From assembly GCA_002104945.1 (NCBI GenBank), contig MCFH01000017.1:496001-560000 (forward strand): a stretch of DNA of 64,000 nucleotides, written 5' to 3'. The position numbers and the translations under genes are program-made. Each line of letters opens with the position of its first letter. Position 1 is the first letter of the stretch. Positions 26,085 through 39,765 of the stretch are shown piece after piece. Under the pieces are notes generated by a model. It was not told the origin of the DNA. It saw nothing but the letters and a program-made list of their open reading frames with translations, and did no database searches. This DNA comes from Piromyces finnis finn (lineage: Eukaryota; Fungi; Neocallimastigomycota).

Positions 26085-26570
26085 AAGATTGAGATGAAAC
26101 AATACCTAGTGCATTATGGGCTTTTAGAACTGCAAAAAACGAAGTTACTAAATTTAGTAGATTTGAACCTTTATATGGAAGAAGAGACCTTCAACCATTT
26201 GAACTTGGTATCAGTATTGATAAAAGATTAAAATAAGAAAATGAAGAAGAATATTATATTAGGAAATTTATAAATCATAACAAATGGATTAAAGAAGAAA
26301 TAAAAGAAATAAATAAAATTAAAACAGCTAATGAACTATGAAAATAATTAATAGAATGTGTAGTGAATTTAATACTAGTGGTTTAGTTTTAATAATAGAA
26401 GAAAATTAAATTAGTATTATCTTGGACCTTTAAAAATTTTAAAGCGACAACTTGATCCAATTATAAATAATATTCCGAAAGGAAATATCCATTTAAAAAA
26501 GTATTAATAGAAGATACTACGACTTCAAGGTACGAAGTCTTATCTAAAGTGGGGCATTCTGATAAAAGAT
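26085..26570 (+). pseudogene. Gypsy integrase C-terminal fragment with PPT and LTR start
   Basis: DETIPSALWAFRTAKNEVTKFS...YGRRDLQPF, a GPF-type motif, then GTGGGGCATTC-TG. Confidence 0.8.
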
Positions 26571-26639
26571 GAAAAATATAATTATTTAAATATTATATGA
26601 ATAATATCTAATATCTAATCCTAGTTTGATGATATGTCA

Positions 26640-27195
26640 ATTTCTATGTCCTGTTGAAGACTTTCGTTATCGTCCCCTCCATTTCATTGATTAATAAATC
26701 ACAATCGATGAAATTGACATTTATGACATTATCATCAAAGTTAAAATTACCTGGTTGGTCTTCGAGAAATTCTACAACTCTTTTGATGACAATTTTAAAT
26801 GAATTTAAGTCGAAAATTCTAAATCCAGTAGAGTTGCCATCATAGCTAATAAAGATACCAGGTAGAGATGTACTTTAAAATTTTTGTTTTTCTGTGTTAC
26901 GTTTAAGATGAAATTTGCTGTAGCCACTGAGTTTTTATATAACTTTTCATAAGGTACTTTTAAATCATTACCATTATGAGGTAGCCTATTATGAATATAA
27001 TTAGCAGTCTTAACTACATCTTCCCAGAACCTTCACAAAATTTGATATCTTATAATATGGTGGTAGCTGCATGGATTAAAACTCCATTAAATCTTTCAGC
27101 GCGTCCATTTTGTTGCGAATTATATGATACAGTAAATTGTTGTATGATACCATGAGTATCACAAAAATTTTAAAATTTATTGATTTATATTCTGT
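26640..27195 (-). pseudogene. Ty1/Copia integrase C-terminal remnant
   Basis: The minus strand reads FWED.VKTANYIHNRLP...VPYEKLY...IVIKRVVEFLED. Confidence 0.8.
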
Positions 27196-27539
27196 ACCAT
27201 TATTATTATATTTTATTTTTATAAATTATCATTTCGTTGATTTGTAATAATTTGGAATTTTTAATTTATTTAAAATTTATAACTAATTTAATTAAATATT
27301 ATAATAATAATAAAATAATAATATTAAAAATAAATTTTATACTTGTTATTTATACTAAGAAATATAGATATTATATCTATATTTCTTATATTGCTCCTTT
27401 TAAGATGATAAGGATTTCTCCTTTAACTCCATCCTTCTTTCTGTATAAGGTTTTAATTAGAATATATGAAATATCGAGTGGAAGTGCATGTTTTCAGGAA
27501 GCTCCGAACGATAATTCAATCTGCTCCTCTCTTCAATAA

Positions 27540-30500
27540 TTTTGAATGGACCTAAGTATTGGCTAGAAAGTTTTTTAGTAGGTTAATTAGTAAAATAGTA
27601 TCGTTTAAGCCAAACTTTGTCATTGACTTTAAACTTCGGTCCTTGCGAAACTCTTTGATTACCAAATCTTTTAAAATCTTCTTTAGCCTTAGTCAAATGT
27701 TTTCTTAGAGAATCAAAATGAGCGGCCCAATCTCGAGTTAATATGGATGCATTATCCTTGAGAAGGGTTGGCAGAGAGTCTATATTACAACAGGGATTAA
27801 AACCGTAGTTAGCAAAGAAGGGAGACACACTTATAGACTTGTGTAAAGAATTATTGTAATCTAGTTCACATAAAGGAAGGTAAAAACACCATTCTGTCTG
27901 AGAAGATGAACAATAACATCTAAGGCATTGTTCAATGACAGCATTAGTACGCTCAATTTGTCCGTTGGATTGTTGATGATGAGCAGTAGCAAGATTTGGT
28001 TTGACTCTAAGAGCAAAGCAAAGAGAAGTCCAAAATTCAGAAGAGAATTGAGTGCCGTAATCGGAGATAATAGTTTTAGGAAAATCATGATAACGAAAAA
28101 CATTTGAAAGGAGGAGTCTAGCTGTGAGATCAGCCGAAGGTACATCGGAGCAAGGAATTAAATGGATCATCTTTGTAAGTTGATCAGCGACCACCATAAT
28201 ACATGTACAATTTTGAGAATTTGGGAGAGACTATGAAATCCCACCCCAATGATTTCCCACGGTTTATTTGGTACAGGAAATGGCTGGATTTTTCCGTAAG
28301 GTTTGTGACGACGTATTTTGTTTTTTTCACAAACCTCGCATGAAAAAACGTAGTTTTGTACGTCATTACTCATATTTGGCTACCAATAATAGCGTTTTAG
28401 TTTTTCAAAGGTTTTATCAACCCCCTGATGACCATTGTTTATTGTATCATGAAAAGACTTGAGAATGTTAGGTTTTAAAGATGAAGGAACAATAATTTTA
28501 TTTTGAAAGTACAGAATGCCTTCAATTTTAAATATGGGTGATTTAGAATTAGGATTACTAAATACTTTATTATAGGTATTTCTACAAAATTTATCTTTCT
28601 TTTGAGCATCTAAGAGGCGATCTAGATTATCGACAGAAGTATAACAGAAGTTATTTTCATTTAGAAGGGATGAGTCTGATTCTTATTATGAATATTTATA
28701 TAGTCTGATCTCCTAGAAAGGGCATCAGATTTTACGCATTTTATACCAGGTCTGGACGAAATCCTAAAATCGAATTTTGAAAGGAACAAACCCCATCTGA
28801 TTTATCACTGATTAAGATTTTGGGGCTTTTTAAAGTATAAGAGGTTTTTGTGGTCCGTAATGACTTGGATAGGAAGTTTAACCCCTTCAAGATGATGTCT
28901 CCAAACCTCGAAGGCAGTTATTAAACCTAATAGTTCTTTATCGTATATAGTGTAATTGATTTCAGAAGACGTTAAAGATCTTGAGTAAAACGCAATTGGA
29001 TGAAGTAAATTGTCTTCGGTGCTAACTTGGGATAGTATACATCCTAAAGCGTAATCACTAGCGTCTGTTTCGACAACAAACTCCTTGTCGGGATTAGGAT
29101 GTATTAGGAGTTTGTTATTCTTAAAAGATTCTTTTCACTGGTTAAAAGCCTTCTCAGTTTTATCATTCCATATAAATTTATTATTTTTCTTCAGTAAATT
29201 TCTTAGAGTTTCCATAATTGAGGCGAAGTTAAGAATAAATTACCTGTAAAAATTGCAAAGACCAAGGAAACTTTGAAGCTCTTTAATATTTTTTGGTACT
29301 GGCCATTTCATGATTGAATCTAATTTATTTTTATCCATTGATATACCTTTAAATGATATAGTAAATACAAGAAATTTTGTTTTTGTTACATGAAGGTCAC
29401 ATTTTTCAATTTTTGCATAAAGCCCGTTATTAGCTAATTTATTAAAAATATATCTGACGTCGTTGACATGGACCTCGGGATTTTTTGAATTTACAATATT
29501 ATCATCAAGATAAATTTGCACAAATTTACCAATGACATCAGAAAAAATATCCTGAACGAATCGTTGAAAAACTGACGGAGTGTTCTTTAACCCGAATGGC
29601 TTTACCAAGTACTCAAAGTGGCTTATTGGAGTTCTGAACGCAGTAAAATATTCTTGTCCTTCTTTTATTCTGATAAGATTATAGGCTGATCGAAGGTCAA
29701 GTCGAGTTAAAATTTTTGCACCTTGGAAGGACTCAATTAGGTCGTTAATCCTAGGTATCGGGTAGCTGATACGTATTGTTATCGCATTCAATTTACGGTA
29801 ATCAATACATAGTCTAAGAGAACCATCATGTTTTTTCACGAATAATACTGGAGCGCCTGCAGTAGAGTTAGATTGTCTAATAAAACTTTTTTTAAGTTTT
29901 CCTTAATATAATTCTTCAGTGTATTCAGTTCAGTTGTAGTCATTGAATATATAGGTCCAAAGTAGAGTTGACTACCAGGAATCAAATCGATACACATATC
30001 GTACTTCCTGTGTTCAGGAAATTTCTCAGCTTCTTCTTTGAGGACAATCTCCTGATCTATGTATTGCTTTTTTATAATTTTTTCTTTTTCTTCAAGGTTT
30101 TGGTCTCTTAATGGATTATCGAAAATATCAATCATTGCAGCGCATAAATTTAGTTCATTGTGAGTTTCGTCAACTCCTTCTGGTAGAATATTATCAAAAG
30201 TTAGAAAATTTTCAAGAACCATAGATGTATTAATATCTCGAATGGAATACCAGTTTGTTTTCTTTAGAAGAAGGACAATGGTTAACACAATATTTTTCAA
30301 GAAAGTATATTGAATTTTTTTCAAAAATACATGATATTCCTTGAAGCTGGAGATTTGTAATATAGAACTCAATAGTTTCTTGGTGATCCATAAAACAAAG
30401 TTTTAACGGCTTGGTAGTATGCTTAATATTCATCAATTTTTTATTTGTTAATTGAATATTAACTGATGATGGTAGGCCAGAGTATGGGATTTTTGCTTTA

Positions 30501-30540
30501 ACAAAGTTGTTGCAAATAAAGTTTCTTGCTGATTATCAGA
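27540..30540 (-). pseudogene. Ty3/Gypsy pol (PR region, RT, RNase H, integrase), degraded; same family as 53893-57053
   Basis: RT ORF 29240-29839 (LCIDYRKLN, IYLDDN), RNase H ETDAS, and integrase ORF 27583-28197 (ISDYGTQF, QSNGQIER). Confidence 0.92.
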
Positions 30541-30589
30541 TTTCCTATTATATACTAGCATATAATTGTATAATATTATTAATGTAATT

Positions 30590-30864
30590 AGTATGTATTT
30601 TATTTTATATAATACAAGTGTATATAAATGAATGTAGAAATATAAAAGATAAATAAATATATTAATCCAATTTAGTGGATGAATGATTATGAACTAAATA
30701 AATTATTTATAATATTTAACTGAACAAATAAAATGAACAAATAAAATACTAATAAATAAATATATTAATATAATTTAATGGACGAACGATTATTAACAAT
30801 ATAAATTATTTATAATATTTAATACTAAGAATAAATAATAAATATCTATATATTTATTCTTACA
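30590..30864 (-). mobile_element. Putative LTR upstream of the 27540-30540 element
   Basis: The minus strand starts TGTAAGAAT...TATTTATTCTTAG, like the LTR starting at 57054. The inner boundary is uncertain. Confidence 0.45.
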
Positions 30865-32139
30865 TGTTGATACAAGGAAAATATTATCTTAATTCTTTAC
30901 TTTACTATAGAAAGTGATATGTCACGAATACTAGTTAAATCTGCAATTTCAAGATCACTTGAAATTGTGAAATTACTTATAAAATTTTAAAATCAACAAT
31001 ATTTTATTTTCAAATAAATTATAAAATTATTAAGAAATATTTAAAAAATTTAGAAAAGGTTAATATATGACCTTAACCCTTAATATTTTTATAATAAATA
31101 ACTTTAACCCTTATCGTCATAATTTAATAACGAAAAACAATCGTAACTTGACAACGAATTGCGATTTTAGATAATTGTGTTTTGGGAAATTATGAATTCG
31201 TTAGAAAGCCACGCTCGAGACAAACAACATATCTTAAAATCAGGTCAATATCTCTGCTGGTTCACGAGATATTCCAATTTAAAGATATTTTGTTAGTAAT
31301 GATTAATTATTTATTCAGAAAATGATCATTCCTGAAGTATCAAACATAAATCATTCACTCAAAGGATAAAAACTATTGTTTTAATTAAATTAAAATTATT
31401 TTCCGGAACTAATTAACTTTATTTTATAATAATTATTTCAATAACATAATTTATAATCTTTGAATTAGAAAATTATAATTATTAATATTATAGGCAATGA
31501 ATTATAATTAAGAAATAATTAATATTATTAATATTATAAACAATAGTTATTTTCAATAATTAGTAATAAGTCTTAAGTTTAGTTTTAATATTATAAAATA
31601 TATTATGAATATAATCATGTATTGAAAAGTTATTTTATTATTAAATGTAAAATTACAAATAGTATAAATAGTTTAGAATAGTTTATGAAATTAAAATTTA
31701 TGTAAAGATTATTTACAATATTTAATACTTAATGAGTATTGCTATTAAATAATCTTGTTATTATATTCTTTATTAATATATTATTTAAGTGAAATATTTT
31801 AATCACAATATATAATTTAATTATTCGTTTATAAAACAATTAAGATTATTTTAATAAAACATTTTCTAACCTAGTTATCTTTTAATCTTTTATTTAATTT
31901 AATATTTTAATATTAAATTATAAGTTTAGTAAAACTTTTACATATTTTAAACATAGATTAATATAAATTAAATTAGTACTAAAATATTTATATAAATTAT
32001 TAATTTTAAAATTATAAATGTAAACAAGAAATTACTTATTTGTTTATTTGTTTATTAATTAAATAGTTAATTATTGTGTATTAATATAATACTTTAAAAT
32101 AATATAAATGTATAAATAGTATTAGAATTACTTTTTTAA

Positions 32140-32930
32140 AAATTGTTCCTAATAATCCAGAAAAATTAGATATATAATTTATATAAAATAATATTTGTAA
32201 TTATAGTTATACATACGAGATATTGAATAAGAATAACATATATATATTTAATAATACAAGAGTTATTAAAACCTTATAATTAAATAAAATAATTTTATAT
32301 TTTAAACTAACAAAGACTTGCAAATGAACAAATATAAAAATCATTTATTTTATTTCTTTATTTCTATTTATTAAATTTTATATATAGATATTATCACTTT
32401 CTATATTCATTTATAGAATTAAAGTAATATTTTTACCTTATCAATGACACAAGTTCAAATATACCTTAATTCTAAATAGAATTAGAAAGTGGTATATTTG
32501 TGTGTAATTGAATGCTTTATTTTTACTTGCTCATTCTACAAGTTTTATATAATTTATAAATAAAATTTAAAATTTTAAAATCATCTTGTTTTATAATATT
32601 AGTTTATTTATTTAAAATAAATATATAATACATCTCGCTATGTATTATAAAAAAAAATATATTAATTTATTATAATTCTTATTAAAATATTCTAATTTTC
32701 CTGGCTAATTGGTAACAAATTTTAAAATAATGTTTTCTATTTCTATTTATACTATTTAATTACATTTAAGTTTGTTTATAAACAAAAATTGTTTGTGTTT
32801 TACATTGTTAAAATTTAATTAAATATTTATATTTTATATTATTTTAATTATTTACTATTATTTTAATTTTATATTAAGTTTATATAATTTCAAAATTAAC
32901 TATTCTATTAATTTATTATTTATAAATTTC
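32140..32930. repeat. Non-coding AT-rich repeat family
   Basis: Two blocks recur inverted at about 57905-58230 and 58440-58932, and direct at about 61050-61530. Part also occurs at about 24270-24480. Confidence 0.8.
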
Positions 32931-33653
32931 ATTCTTTATCATTGTCACAATAACATATGTAAAAATTTAAAAAATTTGGACACATAGAAAAAATTATGTG
33001 AAGATATTAACTGGATTTGAAACAAATCCAGATAATATCTATAATTAATTAAACATAATAATTATAATTAAATAATTTCAATAATTATTTTAAAACACCT
33101 TTAAAAGTCAACTTTTAAATTTTGATTCAGTGAAAGGGTTATGATCTCAAAAATTTAATATCAATACACTATAACCCTTAGCCAGAAATAAACAAACACG
33201 AAATAGGGCGTAACTCGCTAAAAACAAGTGCTACGGCTGTAAGTACTACGGCTGTGAAACTAAGTTTATTAGAAAGCTTAGGAAAAAAGCTACATTTTGG
33301 TACAATCATGATCCTTCTAACTGATCATTTGAGAAAGTTATGATAATTTAAAGATTTTAATAGGTAAATTAAAATCAGTATGATATCAAGTATGGATCAT
33401 AAACATTTCTTATGACTTAACAGACATTAAAAATATATCAATAGGAAATTTAGCTATATTAATTTAATTAATGATAATGACTGTTACTAAAATAGAACTG
33501 AACCGTTTAGGTGTAACAGTTAGCACCTATAAATTAAATAATTTTAATTATTATAAAATATGTTAACGGCAAGTTTTATTAGAAATAATTTTTGATGTTG
33601 AACAAGCAGACTTCTAGGAATCTCATCCGAATAGAAAGGTTCTTTACGAAGCT

Positions 33654-36629
33654 TTGAGTAAGAGATTCCTTAACCCTAAGGATATTAACATCACCAAAAT
33701 CGACCTGATGAAGCTCAGACACAGTTGGGGAAAAGCTTCCGAATACATAGGAAAATTCTCCCAATATGTCAAATTAATTGGATGTTCCGAAGACATTCAA
33801 TTAACCATCATGCTTTTCCAAGTTCGACCTACCGTGAACTACGCCTATAGTAAGCTAACTTCGGATAGACAAACGTTAGAAGAACTGAAGAATCTTCTAA
33901 TCAAATATGATGCTTCCAAGGATACTTATTATGATGATACTTTGGAAAGACAAGCTAACTACAAGGACAAAGAGTCCTTAATAGCTGATTTATTAGGTAT
34001 TCATGGCAGTCTTTATTCCAAGAACCGTAACAAGACTAACAATCTTAATAACAACCAAAGGAACAACAATAACAACAATCTCCCGTTTAACCAAAAAGGA
34101 AAAGGCCTCAGTAACTTGGATAGCAAGTCTAGTACCCAAAATCCCAATAAAGGTATAAAACCTAATAATGGTACTTCATACTCCAGCTATCTCTGTGAAG
34201 TAGAAGAGCAAGATATCTTAGAGCTACCAAATCCTGATCCGGAGAAGTATCCCATCGCGAAGACTACTGTGAAAACTTCTAAAGGATCTAGACAGGTTAT
34301 CACTTTGTCTCTCTTAGATTCCGGCTCTACTACCAATGTAATCGATATGGATCTAGTGAAGAAACTAGGAATCAAGACCATACCAGCCGATACTGTTGTA
34401 AAGGTCATGGGAGGTAATGTCCTAATGCATTACATCACAGAAGAGTTCAACATTGTAATGAACTTATCTTCTTTAGGAGGAACTCGAGAAGAAGTTCGTC
34501 AATCCAACTACTCCTACTGAACGTCAATTTATTGAGTACATTGAAGAAAACTTGAATAAAGGATTCATTAGAAAATCCCGATCTCCTGCTGGATATCCAG
34601 TCCTCCTCCAAGATAAGAAGGATGGTAGTCTCAGATTTTGAGTTGACTATCGCAAACTCAACGACCAAACTATCAAGAATGCCTATCCGCTACCTTTAAT
34701 CCTATCAGTTTTTGGATCAATGAAAGGCGCTAACTATTTCACTAAGTTAGACCTTAAGTCAGCTTATAATTTAATTAGGATTAAAGAAAGTGACGAGTAC
34801 AAGACTGCATTCAGGACGGCATTTGGTCACTTTGAGTACTTAGTTATGCCTTTTGGACTAACTAATGCTCCTTCAGTTTTCCAAGCTTTCATTAATGATA
34901 TCTTTAGTGATCAAATTAATTAGTACGTTCAAGTGTACTTGAATGATATCATTATCTACTCCAATACCCTTGAAGAACATGTTCAACATGTCCGAAATGT
35001 TCTTCAATTAATCATTGAAAACAACTTAGTTGCGAAACTTAAAAAATGTGAGTTTTACAAAGCTGAAATCGAATTTTTGGGTCACGTAATCAGTAAGGAT
35101 GGGATCAAAACTGATCCTCACAAAATTGAAGCAGTTAAGAACTGGCCTATCCCTACTACTGTGAAAGAAGTTCAGTCTTTTTAGGGTTATGCAATTACTA
35201 CCGTCGCTTTATCTCTAACTTTTCTAAAATTGCGAAACCATTATACAACTTAACTTAGAAAAGCGTCACTTTCATATGGACAGACCAGTGTAATAGAGCA
35301 TTTAATCAACTTAAAAGATTTCTTACTTCGGCTCCAGTTTTACTTTGTCCTGATCACAATAAACCATTCATAGTTGAATGTGACTCAAGTGACTTTACTA
35401 TCGGAGGAGTACTTTCACAAAAAGGTGATGATGGAGACCTGCATCCTGTTTATTACTTTTCTATAATCCTTCATAATGCAGAACTTAATTACTCTATCAC
35501 CGAAAAGGAACTCTTAGCAATTCGTCAAGCTTTTATCGAATGGCGTCACTTACTTCAAGGTGCAAAATATCCTATTACCGTTTATTCAGACATCGAAACT
35601 TTCTTTTTGCTACCAAACCGCAACATCTATCCCAAAGACAAGCTCGTTGACAAGAATACTTTGCACCTTTAATTTTAGAATTATTTATCGACCAGGAAAG
35701 AAAAACGGCAAAGCCGATGCTCTCTCTCGTAGATCCTACCACATGTTCACAGTTGGTTAGGATATAAGTGAATCGTCCTTACTTAAACAAACTCAATTAG
35801 AAAGATTAAACGGAGATGAATGCTACTTCTCTATGGAAACTAGCTTCATTGACGACATTAAGCAGTGCTACCTTCAAGATGAAACCGCTTGTCAGATTCT
35901 TAAGGATCTTGAAGTTCTAAATAGTGATCATCCTTGGATTCTTCAAGATGGCCTTTTAATAAGAACCAAACATCCGGAGCAAGTATATGTTCCAAGTCAA
36001 CTAAGACTCTTAGTTATTAAGCTCAACCATGATGCACCCACTGCCGGTCACTTGGGAGTCGATAAGACTTATGACATTCTTAAACGTAATTTCTATTGGG
36101 TTAATATGCGTCAAGATGTCGAGTCTTATATTCGAAGTTGTAGTGTATGCAAGGCAATGAAAACCGATCACCATGCTTCTTATGGTAATATGATCCGTGT
36201 CCCTCTTCCAGAACTTCCATGGCAACACCTACAAATGGGCTTTATCACGGACTTACCATCAAGACCTTATAACTCTACCTTACCATTCGACTCTACAATC
36301 CAAACCACCATCAAGGTACCATAATGGTTACTACTTGCTACTTAATTAAGATGATACACTTAGTTAGGTTCAAACATTTACCCACTGCTAAGGAAACTGC
36401 TACTGCTTTTCTTAACCATATTTTCAAACTGCACGGATTCCCCTTATCTATTGTTACAGACCGTGGTACTCAGTTTGAAAGTCGTCTTTGGTTTTACTTG
36501 ATGGAATTCTTTAATATCGATCACCACTCTGCTACTACTGGCTATCACAGCACTGTTGGACAAGTAGAACGTAACAACGACTACGTTGAAACTTATCTTC
36601 GTTGCTACTTAGCTTCGACGCTCACTTAA
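33654..36629 (+). pseudogene. Ty3/Gypsy gag-pol remnant (Gag, PR, RT, RNase H, integrase)
   Basis: LLDSGSTTNVI protease, [11 protein letters not shown] and YLNDIIIYS RT, ECDSS RNase H, HHCC integrase (HDAPTAGH...CSVC) and VTDRGTQF. Deletions and stops. Confidence 0.92.
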
Positions 36630-37032
36630 TCCATGTACATTAGATGCATGTCGTTGTACGATATTTCACAACTACAATGCTAAGCCTCTTATAGTCAATT
36701 TGATCACATGTCAACCGCCCCCTAATGTTTAAACTTAAATTGATTAAGGAATATTGTGTGTTTTTGGCATAGCCTAAGTCACCACTTATTAAGTTCTAAT
36801 TTGGAATGTACCATGTACACTAGACCCTCTCAGGCCGGCTAGACGAGTGTTATTATCATAGTAGTAAATTAGAAAGTTCATTTATACTTACCTGAATATC
36901 ATAACCCAACCCATGGCAAACCCAGTGGGAAAATCCACAGGCACTGACATCTGCGGGGTCGAACCAGAAGCCTTATGTATACTAAGGCAACGCCTTAACA
37001 ACCAGGATAAAAACTGGAACGACACACATCAG

Positions 37033-37844
37033 TGATAAATAATGAAATTAATAAATATAAAATTATTATTATACCTGATTTTTAAGTTAACCCTAAAAGT
37101 AACTTAAAACAAGTTATAGTTTAATTAAGTACTTTACCAAAATTCTTAAATAAAATTAATCCTAAACACTGCATATATTTTGATTATTGAAAGAAAATAA
37201 TAAACTTTAATTAATCGAGATCAAAATATATAACTTTTGATAAATTAATTGTTAAATTAAATATTTAATAACTTCGTTAGTAAATTACACTTTAAAAGTA
37301 AACAAATATAATAATTCATGTTATAAAATAATATAATTAAACACCTTTATTAAAACATTAAAAATAATTATTACTTTAATTAATTGTAAAATAAACAACT
37401 TTTTATATTCTTTAACTTTTAATTATTTCTTTTATTGTTATTTCTAATTACTTTTATTACTTTTATTGTAAATAGTTATTAATTTTATTGTTTTAATGTA
37501 AATAGTTTAAATTTAAAAGAAAATATAAATACATGTAAATATTCTTATTTTAATCATTATTATTATTATTAATAAAGAAATATTATATAGTTAGATTAAT
37601 ATTTTATAATTTTAATAATCACTTTTATACTTAAATAAATAAAAATTTTAAATATTTAAATATTAGAAAAACAAGTGTTTCTAATAAAACAATTTAGTGT
37701 TTTAACAAAACAATTTTATTAATTTTTATAAAAACGATCTTAAATCTTAATCAATATAACTTATATAGTTATAACAAAAGATATAATATAATAATCACTT
37801 TTTGAAGTAAAATTCAAAATTAAGATTATTACCAAATTATATCA
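37033..37844 (+). repeat. 5' LTR
   Basis: TGATAAAT...ATTATATCA, the same length as 44589-45400 and identical to it by eye. Confidence 0.97.
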
Positions 37845-37845
37845 A

Positions 37846-37862
37846 TGGTCCTTCGAACCGGA
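37846..37862 (+). promoter_or_regulatory. Primer-binding site, tRNA-Tyr type (TGGTCCTTCGAACCGGA)
   Basis: 1 nt after the 5' LTR. Complementary to the known animal-type tRNA-Tyr 3' end (TCCGGCTCGAAGGA-CCA) with one difference. Confidence 0.75.
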
Positions 37863-39765
37863 GAATCAAAATAAGATAAATATATAAATTTTCTTTATAT
37901 AAAAATTTCATATAGAATAGTAAAATATTCTATGAAATTAATTAAATAATCAAGTTATAATAGTATAGAATAGATAGTTAATAGAATAGTTAAATATTCT
38001 CAATATTTTATCTATTTAGAAATTATAACTTATTAAATAATAAAATAATATTAAAATAATAAATCAATATTCAATGTTGAAATATTATTTAAATATTATT
38101 AAATCAATATTAAAATAAAATAAATAAATTATAATACTTAATAGTATAGTATTAATATAGTAAATTGATATATAAACATTATATATTAGATAAAATATAT
38201 AGATATTTTAAATAAGAAAAGAATTAAAAAAAAAAAAAAAAAAAAAATAGTATAGAAAAATTATTAGATAAATAGATTGATAATATTATAAATAAGATAG
38301 TTGAAAGAATTAATTATAATAATAAAATAGGTATATATACATTAGATATATATACATAAAAATAAATATATAATAAAAATAAATCAAAATAATAATAAAT
38401 AAAGATTTAAGTATATATATAAAAAATATATATACACCAAACAAACCAAAAAAAAAAAAAATTATAAATATAAAACTTTATAAATAAAAATACTTGTAAA
38501 AATATACTAGGAGCGTATAGAGCTCATATACAGAGTTTCAGTGTATAATTAACTAGTTTCAGTTGGTTAGAAACTATAGCTGTTAATCACTGAAGTATTT
38601 GTAAAAGTAGGACGAGTGTGAATAGCACGCTTACTTGGGGGAAGGGATTGTTAGTGTGATAAAAAGCACGCAATACAGGACTCTCAAGTTGAATACTTTT
38701 GTGAACTCTGGCGAATAAGGAACTTTAGTCACCGAAGGCTAAAGGTTTGTCGTGAAGGTAAAGCGACATAAAAATATATAGTTTAAATTTATTTTGAGGT
38801 CTAGTATATCACCTCTAGTTAGTAGCTTTTGCCGGTTAATTAAATTGTTGTAAGGCACTAAAAAGCGAAAAATAAATCCTGTAAATAAAGTTTTATATTT
38901 AATTATTTTTTTTAAAAAAAGAAAAAGAAATACATAAATTATAATTATAAATTAATAATTATAATTTATAAATTAAAGATAAAAATTATTTAATTATAAA
39001 ATATGATCATCGGTCAAATAAAATTAAAAGTATTGTTATAAATTTTAAATAATAAAAGCAATAATATTGAGTTGTCTTTTTAGTTAATTTTCAGCGAAAA
39101 ATAACTTTTGTTTATCTTTTCGGTTAATTAATTACTAAGATAATTAAAGTGTTTTATAGTAAGTTAGTAAGAGTGCAGTTTTATCACATATCGTGGGGGA
39201 GTAGAGCGCTAACTAATAAGTAAATATTACACCACTTAATATTTATGACGGTTAGTTAGTGGAGGTCGAAAGGCACGGTGACGAAACTGTCGGGTACTCT
39301 GAAGGTACTATAATAACATAATCAATATTATTTTCTGCTTTATAATAAAGAAATAAAAATAAACATCCTACTCTAAATTAAATATTTTTTTTAACAATAC
39401 TAATATATAAATAACTTAATATAAATAAAATATATTCTTAACATTTTCTCAAAAAAAAAATAAAATCTTCTTAATTACAATAAAACTAAAGCAAGTGTCT
39501 ACAAGTGTTTACAAACAACAACCAATTACTCCTTTTATATTACATTATATAAACGTTATATAAGATTATATTTTATTAATAACAGTAATAAATAAAATAC
39601 CTATAAATAAAATACCTGTAAATAAAATTATTATTGTAAATAAAGACTATTGTAAATAAAAACATATTATTGTACCTATAACTAAATTATTGAGAATAAA
39701 TAAAAATTGAACTTTTAAATAGAATATTAAAATAAAATAAAATAAAATAAAAATAATAAGTAATA

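Noticed and set aside
37086-37094. TAACCCTAA in the LTR as a telomerase template or telobox
   Set aside because: A single 9-mer in AT-rich DNA with no supporting structure.
38500-39320. Hammerhead ribozyme or group I/II intron in the leader
   Set aside because: No CTGANGA...GAAA core with proper stems on either strand, no group I P/Q/R/S elements and no group II domain V.
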